In this document: positions 29,523 to 38,138 of the stretch, in pieces
How positions within the stretch are numbered: the first letter of the stretch is position 1
Layout: each line of letters begins with the position of its first letter
Assembly: GCA_044868695.1 (NCBI GenBank)
Contig: JBIOWP010000056.1
Coordinates: 1-60,011, forward strand
Length of the DNA: 60,011 bases
DNA from: a bacterium
GTDB lineage: Bacteria > Sysuimicrobiota > Sysuimicrobiia > Sysuimicrobiales > Kaftiobacteriaceae
Reading direction: 5' to 3'
The notes under the pieces: model-generated
What the model saw: only the letters and a program-made list of their open reading frames with translations
Databases searched by the model: none
Told to the model about the DNA's origin: nothing
Program-made: the position numbers and the translations under genes

Positions 29523-31416
29523 GCGAACCCATCACCTACGGACCGCGTTGTTCATGGCGGGCGATGGACTCATCTGGGGGATGGCGTTTGTTGCCGCCTT
29601 GCTGATCCGCTTTGAGGGTGCCGTTCCCGATGGCTACATCCGCAAACTCCCGCTATTCTTGCTCGTCCTCATCCCCCCCAAGGTCCTCTGGCATTGGTTC
29701 TTCCGCCTCTACCACATGACCTGGCGGCTGGTCGGATTAACGGATCTGATCAACGTCTGGAAGGCCAACTCCCTGGGCTCTCTGTGCGCCGTGGCGGCTC
29801 TGCTGTTCCTGCGGTCCACGCGTCCGTTTGAGATTACACCCCGTAGCATCCTGATTCTCGACTACATCCTCAGCGTGGCCGGAATCGCGCTCTTCCGAGC
29901 CAGCCGTCGGCTCTGGGAGTTCCAGCGCGATGGCGTCCGCCGTTCGCGGGTGCGGCCCAGGAAGCGCATCCTGCTGGTCGGCGCGGGCGCCGCGGGGGAG
30001 CGTCTGGCGCGCGCGATGCTCGACGACCAGAACGGGACCCATACCCTAGTCGGTTTTATCGACGACGACCCTGGAAAGCATGGCACATACGTGCACGGCT
30101 TGCGCGTGTTCGGCGGAGGGGACCGTCTGCGGGACGTCGTCCAGGAGCAGCGGGTCGATGAGGTCGTTATCGCCATCCCCTCCGCCTCCTCCGCCCAACT
30201 GCGGAGGATCGTGGAAGCATCCCGCCAGGCGGGCGTCACCCAACTCCGTATTTTGCCAGGGGTTCACGAGCTGTTAACGTCGCGGGTCGGACTCAAGGAC
30301 ATCCGGGAGGTGAACATCGACGATCTGTTGGGCCGCCCGCCCGTGAAGATCGCGATGGACGCCATTGCTGCGTTCCTGACCCGGCGTCCCGTGCTCGTCA
30401 CCGGCGCTGCTGGATCGATCGGCTTCGAACTTGTGCGCCAGCTGACCCGGTTTCACTGCGCGCAGATTGTGGCCGTCGATATGAACGAATCAGGGCTGTT
30501 TGAACTGGAGCAGGAGATCAAGGCGCTGGAACTGTCCGTCCCCGTGCGGACGGTGGTGGCCGACATCAAGGACCGCGAGAAGATAGACTGGGTCCTCCGC
30601 ACCTTTGCCCCACAAGTAGTGTTCCACGCCGCAGCATACAAGCACGTTCCGCTCATGGAACAACATACGGAAGAGGCGGTGAAGACCAACGTACTGGGGA
30701 CGTTCGTTGTTGCGGAGGCGGCACTGCGCGCGAACGTGGAGACATTCGTCCTCATCTCCACTGACAAGGCGGTCAACCCCAAGAGTGTGATGGGCGCGAG
30801 CAAGCGCGTGGCCGAGAAAATCATTCAGGCGCTCAGCCAGCGCGGCAAGACGCGATTTTTGGCCGTCCGATTCGGGAATGTGCTGGGTAGCCGGGGCAGC
30901 CTGATCCCCGTCGTGCAAGAGCAGATTCGGCGTGGGGGTCCCGTGACGCTGACGCACCCCGAGATGCGGCGGTATTTCATGAGCGCAGCCGAAGCCGTGT
31001 TGCTCGTGCTTCAGACCGCGTTGATGGACCAGCGCACCGGCATCTTCGTACTCGACATGGGACAGCCGGTGCGAATCGTCGACCTTGCCACCGAGCTGAT
31101 CCGGCTGTCCGGGCTGGAGGCGGACCGGGATATCCCGTTTGTCTTCACCGGGGTCCGTCCAGGCGAGAAGCTGGAAGAAGAGCTCGTCGCGTCCGACGAG
31201 ACCCTTGTCCCCACGCCGTTCGACAAGATCTTCCAGGTCGCGACCAATGGTGTGCCCGACGAGATCACCCTCCGGCTGGCGCTCCAAGAGATGGAACGGC
31301 TAGCCCGTGTCGTTGACGGCGAGGGCCTTCGCGCGTTGCTAGCGCGGCTCTCTGCGCAGAGTGCAACAGGTGAGCTGTCAAGCGCGGTGCCGGCGACAGC
31401 CGTTAAGTCGGTTTGA
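29500..31416 (+). CDS. UDP-GlcNAc 4,6-dehydratase (CapD/PglF/WbpM-like)
   Basis: AAGGAG RBS; 4 N-terminal TM helices, VTGAAGSIG, FHAAAYKHVP, ISTDKAVNP, VRFGNVLGSRGS, RPGEKL. Confidence 0.93.
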   Translation: MLPLGMLKRTHHLRTALFMAGDGLIWGMAFVAALLIRFEGAVPDGYIRKLPLFLLVLIPPKVLWHWFFRLYHMTWRLVGLTDLINVWKANSLGSLCAVAALLFLRSTRPFEITPRSILILDYILSVAGIALFRASRRLWEFQRDGVRRSRVRPRKRILLVGAGAAGERLARAMLDDQNGTHTLVGFIDDDPGKHGTYVHGLRVFGGGDRLRDVVQEQRVDEVVIAIPSASSAQLRRIVEASRQAGVTQLRILPGVHELLTSRVGLKDIREVNIDDLLGRPPVKIAMDAIAAFLTRRPVLVTGAAGSIGFELVRQLTRFHCAQIVAVDMNESGLFELEQEIKALELSVPVRTVVADIKDREKIDWVLRTFAPQVVFHAAAYKHVPLMEQHTEEAVKTNVLGTFVVAEAALRANVETFVLISTDKAVNPKSVMGASKRVAEKIIQALSQRGKTRFLAVRFGNVLGSRGSLIPVVQEQIRRGGPVTLTHPEMRRYFMSAAEAVLLVLQTALMDQRTGIFVLDMGQPVRIVDLATELIRLSGLEADRDIPFVFTGVRPGEKLEEELVASDETLVPTPFDKIFQVATNGVPDEITLRLALQEMERLARVVDGEGLRALLARLSAQSATGELSSAVPATAVKSV

Positions 31417-32012
31417 TGGACCCGAGATGGCGCCGGCAGGTGGTCGTCATCGCCCTCGGGGTGCTGACGGCCCTGCTGCTCGCTCACCGCGCGGTCCTTC
31501 AGGCCGTGGGCGATTTTCTGGTCGTGCAGGACCCGCTGACTCCCGCCGATGTCGTGATCGCAATCAGCGGCGACGGGGAGGAACGTGTTCGCGAGGCCAG
31601 CAAGCTGTTCGCGCGGGGGTACGGACGGTGGCTTCTGCTCAGCGGCGGCCCCGGTGGCGGTCCCGGATCGGCAGCCGAACTGCTCGTCTACGCCCGCCAG
31701 TATCAGGTGCCGCAAGTGCACATTCTCATCGATGATCGTGCTACGAGCACCGCGACGAATGCGGAAGGCGCGGCCCGCGTCATGCGCGATGCGGGGTTGC
31801 ACACTGCCATCCTGGTCACGTCCCCGTACCATATGCGGCGGGCGGTCGTGCTCTTTCGCCGGACGTTCCAAAATGCGGGGTTTTCGGTGCGCGCCCACCC
31901 CGTCCGGGACGGCTTCTTCGATGTTCGCAAGTGGTGGACGCGACCCCCGGAGCGCCGGATCGTCCTAAGGGAGTATGGTAAGCTCCTGGCACTGCTCATG
32001 GGGATCTACTGA
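31416..32012 (+). CDS. YdcF/DUF218 (ElyC-like) protein
   Basis: N-terminal TM, ADVVIAISG, LLSGG, STATNA, LVTSPYHMRRA, REY. Confidence 0.88.
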   Translation: MDPRWRRQVVVIALGVLTALLLAHRAVLQAVGDFLVVQDPLTPADVVIAISGDGEERVREASKLFARGYGRWLLLSGGPGGGPGSAAELLVYARQYQVPQVHILIDDRATSTATNAEGAARVMRDAGLHTAILVTSPYHMRRAVVLFRRTFQNAGFSVRAHPVRDGFFDVRKWWTRPPERRIVLREYGKLLALLMGIY

Positions 32013-32069
32013 GCGACGAGGCGCGCTGCTCGTGAGAGACACGCCGCACCCTGCTTGCATGGTCTTGCC

Positions 32070-33425
32070 ATGAATCTCTCTGTCGTGGGCGGCGCGGGGT
32101 ACGTGGGGCTGGTGACCGGCGTGGGTTTCGCCGCGCTCGGTCACAGCGTTGTCTGCCAGGACGTCGATGAGGTTCGGATAAATGCGCTTCGCACCGGACA
32201 CCACTCGATATACGAACCGGACATGGATCGGCTCCTGCGCGAGAATCTGGCCCGGGGGCGGCTCCATTTTACGACGTCCTTGCGAGAGGCAATTCGGCAC
32301 GGCGAGATCGTCGTCATTGCGGTCGGCACTCCCGCTCGAGCGAACGGCGAGGCCGATCTCTCCCAGGTCGTGCACGTGGCCGAAGAAGTCGCCTGCGAGG
32401 CAAGGGATGGCTACCAGGTGATCGTCGTTAAGAGCACAGTGCCCGTTGGGACTATGGAACTATTGCGGACCATCTTATCGCAGCGCAAGGTTGAGGGCAA
32501 GCAGGTCGACGTTGTGGCAAATCCAGAGTTTCTCCGGGAGGGCAAGGCCTTCCGCGATTTCTTTTCTCCTGATCGAATTGTAATCGGCTCCTCCTCACCC
32601 CGGGCTCTCACGCTTGTGCGCGACCTCTATGCGCCGATCGTCCGGCGAGCCGTGCCGCCGGACGCTGGAGGTCGGCCTGATGCGTCTCAGGTCCCCGTGA
32701 TCGAAACGGATCTAGCGTCCGCCCAGATGACGAAGTATGCAGCCAACGCCTTCCTGGCGATGCGCATTTCCTTCATCAACGAAATTGCCGTCTTGTGCGA
32801 GCGCTCCGGGGCGGACGTACGGCAGGTAGTGCGGGGATTGGGGTACGATCCTAGGATCGGGGCAGCCTACTTGAGCCCCGGGCTGGGATTTGGAGGTCCT
32901 TGTCTGGAGAAGGACCTGCACGCACTAATCAAGGTCGCTGAAGGGCACCAATTCGATCCCACAGTGCTCCGGGCCACGCTTGAGCGAAATGCGCAGCAAA
33001 CGGTTGAGGTCGTGGGCAAGATCAAACGGATGGCCGGGGGCATCCTGAACCATCGCCTCATTGCCGTGTACGGGCTCGCGTTCAAAGCCTTCACCAACGA
33101 CCTACGCAACTCTATGGCGCTGCGCGTGATTCATGCCCTACAAACTGAGGGCGCGAACATTCGGGTCCACGATCCTATGGCACTCCCGAGCGCTCGTGCC
33201 CAGTGCCCAGATCTCATGTGCTGCGATGATCCATACGACGCCGCGGTCGCAGCGGACGTTCTGGTGGTGGCAACCGAGTGGCCTGAGTTCCGGGAACTGG
33301 ACTACGCTCGAATAAAAGCTGGAATGCGGAATCCGTGCATCGTTGATGGACGCAACCTGCTAGATCCTACCGAACTGCGGCGTCTGGGATTTCGCTATGC
33401 GGGCGTGGGAATCCCGACTGAATGA
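32070..33425 (+). CDS. ugd: UDP-glucose 6-dehydrogenase
   Basis: GAGYVGLV, AVGTP, KSTVPVG, NPEFLREG, KYAANAFLA, GFGGPCLEKD. Confidence 0.9.
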   Translation: MNLSVVGGAGYVGLVTGVGFAALGHSVVCQDVDEVRINALRTGHHSIYEPDMDRLLRENLARGRLHFTTSLREAIRHGEIVVIAVGTPARANGEADLSQVVHVAEEVACEARDGYQVIVVKSTVPVGTMELLRTILSQRKVEGKQVDVVANPEFLREGKAFRDFFSPDRIVIGSSSPRALTLVRDLYAPIVRRAVPPDAGGRPDASQVPVIETDLASAQMTKYAANAFLAMRISFINEIAVLCERSGADVRQVVRGLGYDPRIGAAYLSPGLGFGGPCLEKDLHALIKVAEGHQFDPTVLRATLERNAQQTVEVVGKIKRMAGGILNHRLIAVYGLAFKAFTNDLRNSMALRVIHALQTEGANIRVHDPMALPSARAQCPDLMCCDDPYDAAVAADVLVVATEWPEFRELDYARIKAGMRNPCIVDGRNLLDPTELRRLGFRYAGVGIPTE

Positions 33426-33547
33426 CTTCGCCCGCGGGAGCATCCGAGGGGAAGCTGTCGACTCGCACTTGGGTCCGATCCCATGGTTAGGTTGACGGCA
33501 TCCAGGCGCCCCGACGCCTGGGCACCCTCATGTCTGGTGGAGGGGCG

Positions 33548-34006
33548 ATGTCGCGGTTGATTGTTCGACCAATCACGATGGCGCTGCGCAAAGTTGAGGA
33601 AGAGTACCTGAAAGCTCGGGACGCTTGGCCTCGGCCGGGCTGGGTTCAGGAGTACATCAGCGCGTTTGTCCGGCTGAGGGAAATCGGCGAGCACCTTGAC
33701 CAGGAACTCTCGCGGCAAGATATAACGTTTCGCGCTGAGCGACGTCTTCGCCTGCTGCACGAACGCTGTGTGTGGCTGCTCCGTCGCATCGGCCGCGAGG
33801 TTTTCTTCAGAACGGAGCTCGCCATTGAACAGGCCCTCAGGTCTCGCATCCCCCCGGAAGCCTACGCCCTGTATTTGCATCTCGTGGAGATCCAGGGACT
33901 CGAGCAAGAGTTTGGCCGGCTGAGCAACGGCCAACTGCTGGAGCGCTTGTATGTCGGCACGATCGAGAGCACCTTGGATCTGGATATCCCTGTGATCCCC
34001 CGCTGA
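33548..34006 (+). CDS. Hypothetical alpha-helical protein, first gene of the proBA unit
   Basis: GGAGG RBS before ATG 33548; ends 2 nt before the proB start; no recognised family. Confidence 0.65.
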   Translation: MSRLIVRPITMALRKVEEEYLKARDAWPRPGWVQEYISAFVRLREIGEHLDQELSRQDITFRAERRLRLLHERCVWLLRRIGREVFFRTELAIEQALRSRIPPEAYALYLHLVEIQGLEQEFGRLSNGQLLERLYVGTIESTLDLDIPVIPR

Positions 34007-34008
34007 GT

Positions 34009-35148
34009 ATGGATGCATCACAGGAGACCTGGACGCAGGTCATGCGCCGGGTGAGGCGACTGGTCGTAAAAGTGGGCACGAGCACGCTGACGGCGGGCGG
34101 CCTGACCCTCAATTCCGATCGATTGGACGACCTCACGCGCCAGCTTGTCATGCTGCACCGGCGCAGCATTGAAGTGACCCTCGTCACCTCCGGTGCGATC
34201 GTCACGGGTGCTGCGAGGTTGCGGGTGGCCCCGGGGAAGCGGTCGATCCCCGAGCGCCAGGCACTCGCCGCGATCGGCCAGGCGGTGCTGATGCATGAGT
34301 ATGAGCGTCGGTTTGCTCACGACAACGTTATCGTCGCCCAGATGCTCCTCACCGCGGGAGACTTCGACCAGCGACAGGCGTACCTGAACGCCCGCCACAC
34401 GGTGGAGGAACTCCTTGGGCACCGCGTCCTGCCGATCGTAAATGAGAATGACACGGTCGCTACGGAGGAGATCCGCATCGGGGACAACGACACACTGTCA
34501 GCCCGCGTAGCCGTGCTGGTGAATGCCCAGCTGCTCTGTATCCTGTCCGACGTCGATGGTCTGTACACTGCGGATCCCCACGCGGATCCTGCCGCTGCGC
34601 GCCTTCAAACGGTCGAGCACGTCACCCGCGAGGTGGAAGTGCTTGCCGGCCGAGCGAGGTCACCCACTGGCGTTGGGGGGATGGTAACGAAGCTTGCGGC
34701 AGCTCGGCTAGCCGCCAGCGCGGGGGTCGCGGTCACCCTGACGAACGGGGCGGTCCCAAACGTACTCCTGCGCGTTCTGCAGGGAGAAGCGCTAGGCACT
34801 CGGTTTCTCCCTGAAGACAGTCCCCTGCGAGGGCGCAGGCGGTGGCTGGCCATGCGGACGCGCGTCTACGGACGTCTGCAGATTGATGCCGGCGCTGCTG
34901 CAGCGCTGCAATCTGGCGGCAGGAGCCTCCTGCTATCCGGCATCCAACAGGTCGAGGGCGAGTTTGCCGCGGGCGACATGATCGTCATTGTGGGCCCGGA
35001 CGGCAGGGAGCTGGGGCAAGGTCTCGCCGCCTACGACTGCGGCGACTTGAATCGAATCAAGGGGCGCCGCAGCCAAGATGCCACCACGATACTCGGGGGT
35101 CCCGCCAGCCCGGCAGTGCAGTCTGACGACTTGGTGATCTATCGATGA
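34009..35148 (+). CDS. proB: Glutamate 5-kinase
   Basis: VVKVGTSTL, VTSGA, PIVNENDTV, GDNDTLSA, GGMVTKL, C-terminal PUA domain. Confidence 0.95.
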   Translation: MDASQETWTQVMRRVRRLVVKVGTSTLTAGGLTLNSDRLDDLTRQLVMLHRRSIEVTLVTSGAIVTGAARLRVAPGKRSIPERQALAAIGQAVLMHEYERRFAHDNVIVAQMLLTAGDFDQRQAYLNARHTVEELLGHRVLPIVNENDTVATEEIRIGDNDTLSARVAVLVNAQLLCILSDVDGLYTADPHADPAAARLQTVEHVTREVEVLAGRARSPTGVGGMVTKLAAARLAASAGVAVTLTNGAVPNVLLRVLQGEALGTRFLPEDSPLRGRRRWLAMRTRVYGRLQIDAGAAAALQSGGRSLLLSGIQQVEGEFAAGDMIVIVGPDGRELGQGLAAYDCGDLNRIKGRRSQDATTILGGPASPAVQSDDLVIYR

Positions 35149-36383
35149 AACTGACCGGGTGGTCAGCCGAAGCGTTGGTTCAGCAGGCGCGGCAAGCGAC
35201 TCCTGGCCTCCGCTCTATGTCTACACGGCAGAAAGAGCGGATTCTGGTCGATCTCGCTGCGCAACTTGATCTGCGCCAGTTCGAACTCCTGCAGGCCAAC
35301 GCCCGGGATGTCGAAGACGCGAGGGCGGCCGGCAGGACGACCGCGGCGGTCGACCGGCTTAAACTGAGCGCGGATCGGATACGCGCGATGGCTGAGAGCG
35401 TTCGCCGAGTTGCTGAGCGCGATGACCCTGTCGGCACAACTACCAGGTTGACCCGACGACCCAACGGGATGTGGGTGGGTCGAATGCGCGTGCCGATTGG
35501 CGTGATTCTGATGGTCTATGAGGCCCGGCCGGACGTGACGGTGGATGCCGCCGCCATGTGTTTGAAAACGGGCAATGCTGTGATCCTGCGAGGTGGCAGC
35601 GACGCCAGGCGAACAAATGCGGAACTTGGTCAGTGCCTGACCTCCGCGGGCTATCCCGATGGAGCAGCTGAGATTGTCGACCCATCTGATCGCGCCCTCG
35701 TGATCGACCTCCTGGGTTCGGGAGGCATCGACCTCGTAATCCCCCGAGGCGGCGACCGCCTCATTCGCCTAGTGACCGAGCACGCCCGCATGCCTGTTCT
35801 AAAGCACTTCAAAGGGGTGTGTCACCTCTTCATCGACGGTGACGCCGACCCGGCAATGAGCCTGGCGGTGGTAATGAACGCCAAGGTGCAGCGGCCTTCG
35901 ACCTGCAACGCATTGGAAACTTTGCTGATCGATCGGCCGATCGCAGAGCGCATCCTCCCCACGCTCGTGGCTGAGCTGCAGGCAGCCGGTGTCGAGGTAC
36001 GGGGATGCGCCGAAACGAAGCGGCTGGCCCCCGTAGTGCCAGCGACTGACGAGGACTGGGGAGCCGAATACCTGGACCTAATCTTGGCCGTACGGGTGGT
36101 AGATGGACTGGACGAGGCGATCGCGCACGTCCACAAATACAGCACTGGGCTCGCCGACGGCATCATAACCAACAATCATGAACGGGCGATGCGATTCGTC
36201 GAGGTGGTGGACAGCGCTGCGGTGCTGGTAAACACGTCAACGCGCCTCGTGGACGGAGGGGAATTTGGGCTGGGGGCCGAGATCGGAATTAGCACGGCGC
36301 GGATCGGGCCGCGTGGTCCCATGGGACTAAAGGAGCTGACCACGATCAAGTGGATTGTACTCGGCAGCGGACAGGTGCGCTAA
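35145..36383 (+). CDS. proA: Gamma-glutamyl phosphate reductase
   Basis: VPIGVI..YEARPDVT, LRGGS, IPRGG, CNALETLL, NTSTR..DGGEFGLGAEIGIST, RGPMGL. Confidence 0.95.
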   Translation: MKLTGWSAEALVQQARQATPGLRSMSTRQKERILVDLAAQLDLRQFELLQANARDVEDARAAGRTTAAVDRLKLSADRIRAMAESVRRVAERDDPVGTTTRLTRRPNGMWVGRMRVPIGVILMVYEARPDVTVDAAAMCLKTGNAVILRGGSDARRTNAELGQCLTSAGYPDGAAEIVDPSDRALVIDLLGSGGIDLVIPRGGDRLIRLVTEHARMPVLKHFKGVCHLFIDGDADPAMSLAVVMNAKVQRPSTCNALETLLIDRPIAERILPTLVAELQAAGVEVRGCAETKRLAPVVPATDEDWGAEYLDLILAVRVVDGLDEAIAHVHKYSTGLADGIITNNHERAMRFVEVVDSAAVLVNTSTRLVDGGEFGLGAEIGISTARIGPRGPMGLKELTTIKWIVLGSGQVR

Positions 36384-36442
36384 AAAGTGACAGCGGCCGG
36401 CGCTGCTTAGGCCGGCCGCGTGTATGCGAACCCGACGGGTCT

Positions 36443-36865
36443 CTATGGCGACGGCTTTTCCGGCGACGGTCGGGGTGGACGCTGCCGAACCACTCGATTT
36501 ATGCACACAACTTTCGGGTCTTGCGCAGACTGAACCTTGGCGGGCGGATATTTCGTCCGGCATACCTGAGTAGGAGTAACACTAGGCGGCTGGGCATTTC
36601 GCCGGTCCCGAGGCGACTGCGCTTGACTAGAACGCGGCGGTCTCACCTGCGCAGGGGCTTGAGGTCGCTGCCGCGCTGGTCGGTTGATACAAAATTCCTT
36701 CGGAGGCTGTCCCGTCTGGATCTTGTCCGGAGGGATCTTCGTGCGGCACACCTCTGTCGGCTGGCGGACAGCAGTGGCCGGGGCGGCATCAAGCATCGGT
36801 GGGAAGATTGAGATGCTTGCCGCCACAGCAAGGCCGAGGACAATCACGCGCGCTCCCAGTGTCAT
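36443..36865 (-). CDS. Secreted Pro/Arg-rich protein with two Cys-x18-Cys repeats
   Basis: GAGGAG RBS, signal-peptide-like N-terminus, internal duplication conserved at protein level in this frame. Confidence 0.75.
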   Translation of the reverse strand: MTLGARVIVLGLAVAASISIFPPMLDAAPATAVRQPTEVCRTKIPPDKIQTGQPPKEFCINRPARQRPQAPAQVRPPRSSQAQSPRDRRNAQPPSVTPTQVCRTKYPPAKVQSAQDPKVVCINRVVRQRPPRPSPEKPSP

Positions 36866-36887
36866 CTCTCCTCACGCCTCCTCCTCG

Positions 36888-36910
36888 AAGATACATCGCA
36901 AGATACATCG
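36888..36910. promoter_or_regulatory. Direct repeat AAGATACATCG x2 (12-bp period) in a divergent intergenic region
   Basis: Exact 11-mers at 36888-36898 and 36900-36910; function inferred. Confidence 0.4.
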
Positions 36911-37085
36911 TCCAACGCGAAAGTCCTGCGTTTCAGGCGCCCTGATACGCATCCTAGTCGTCACTATGAAATCTTACCACTTCGCGGTCAACTTTACTCT
37001 TCCGATCCCTTGGTCGCCGGCCGGGTATTCAATCGCTCCAGATCCTCCAAGAGCCGAGAAGAACGGACTACACCGCGTAGAACGG

Positions 37086-37649
37086 GTGGCCTGGAAACGG
37101 CGATACTGGCAGTGCGCCCTAGCCCTCGTCTTTCTGTTTGGTATGTGCCTCCTGCTGACAGGCGTCGCGATGACGCACGGCGCAGATATCAAAGCATTCC
37201 TCGCGTTCGAACCCGCGGTGCTGTCGCCTGGGCCACACATTGTCCGCGTCGAGCTGTTGGACTTCTACGACAACGCAGTTCCCCAGGCAAAGCTCAAGAT
37301 CGACATTCAGGGGCAGGGCGGTGAGATCGACATAAGTTTCGACCTCCAGGAGGATCGCCTGGGTCTGCATCGTGGTCACGTGATTCTGCCGGGTCTTGGT
37401 GCGGCGGAGTTGCGAGTCGAAGCAATACTCCCAGATGGGCCCTGGCGGGGCCAGGCCAGGTTGACGGTCAACAACGAGCTTCCGAAGCACGTCGTTGGAC
37501 TGGCCCTGCGCCACGCCGACGCCCCGTTAGTGACACCCCTTGGCGTCGCTGTGTTTGCTCTTCTAGGGATTGTCATAGTCGCAGGAGTTACGGGGATCGG
37601 TTTCGAGATCTTCCGTTTCCGTAGGACCCGCGCTCCAGTGAAGGCCTGA
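37086..37649 (+). CDS. Exported YtkA/FixH-like Ig-fold protein with C-terminal membrane anchor
   Basis: Signal peptide ending ..GVAMT-HG, beta-rich core (LGLHRGHVILPGLG.AELRVEA), C-terminal TM followed by RFRR; start uncertain. Confidence 0.55.
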   Translation: MAWKRRYWQCALALVFLFGMCLLLTGVAMTHGADIKAFLAFEPAVLSPGPHIVRVELLDFYDNAVPQAKLKIDIQGQGGEIDISFDLQEDRLGLHRGHVILPGLGAAELRVEAILPDGPWRGQARLTVNNELPKHVVGLALRHADAPLVTPLGVAVFALLGIVIVAGVTGIGFEIFRFRRTRAPVKA

Positions 37650-37984
37650 TGGTCTGGGGGACTCGGGTCGTGGTGGTGCTCCTGACAGTTGTTACCGCAG
37701 GGTGTGCGGCAGAGTCAGCTCGAGGTGCCCGCCCCTGGTCAGCGGCTGTCGAGGTAGCGGAGGGTAGCGCCAAGATTATTGTGAACGTGCCCGGGCAGCG
37801 TGTTGGGATCGATTTTCACGTCCACCTGGCACTCGATGGAGGACCAGAAGTCATGGCCTATAACCCTACGTACACCTTCTCCAAATTACCGCCAGGTGTC
37901 CACCGCGTCCGGGTCGTGATCGCCGATCCCACTCACTTCCCTGTCCAAGGGATGGTACGCACGCTGGAATTCACGACCCCCTAG
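37649..37984 (+). CDS. Putative lipoprotein with HxH...DxxH metal-binding motif (DUF4399/DUF6130-like)
   Basis: Lipobox VTAG-C; FHVHLALDG; LPPGVHRVRVVIADPTH; TGATG coupling to the upstream gene. Confidence 0.65.
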   Translation: MVWGTRVVVVLLTVVTAGCAAESARGARPWSAAVEVAEGSAKIIVNVPGQRVGIDFHVHLALDGGPEVMAYNPTYTFSKLPPGVHRVRVVIADPTHFPVQGMVRTLEFTTP

Positions 37985-37988
37985 CGTT

Positions 37989-38021
37989 TGGTATAGTCCA
38001 TTATCAATCGATCGATTGATA
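37989..38021 (+). promoter_or_regulatory. Extended -10 box (TGgTATAGT) followed by a perfect 20-bp palindromic operator TATCAATCGATCGATTGATA
   Basis: -10 at 37992-37997 and palindrome at 38002-38021 read directly. Confidence 0.6.
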
Positions 38022-38138
38022 GCCCCCGCGCGTCGGTGGTGGCAGAATGGATGAGCTGTACGAAACTTTAGGCGGTGCCGTGGAAGGAAGAGGAATAAAC
38101 GCTGGATTTCCATTGTGTGTCTATCGGAGGTGGGGAAG

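Noticed and set aside
36684..37085. N-terminal 134 aa of the 321-aa ORF
   Set aside because: Overlaps the opposite-strand Cys-repeat gene and the intergenic region; the signal peptide starts near 37086
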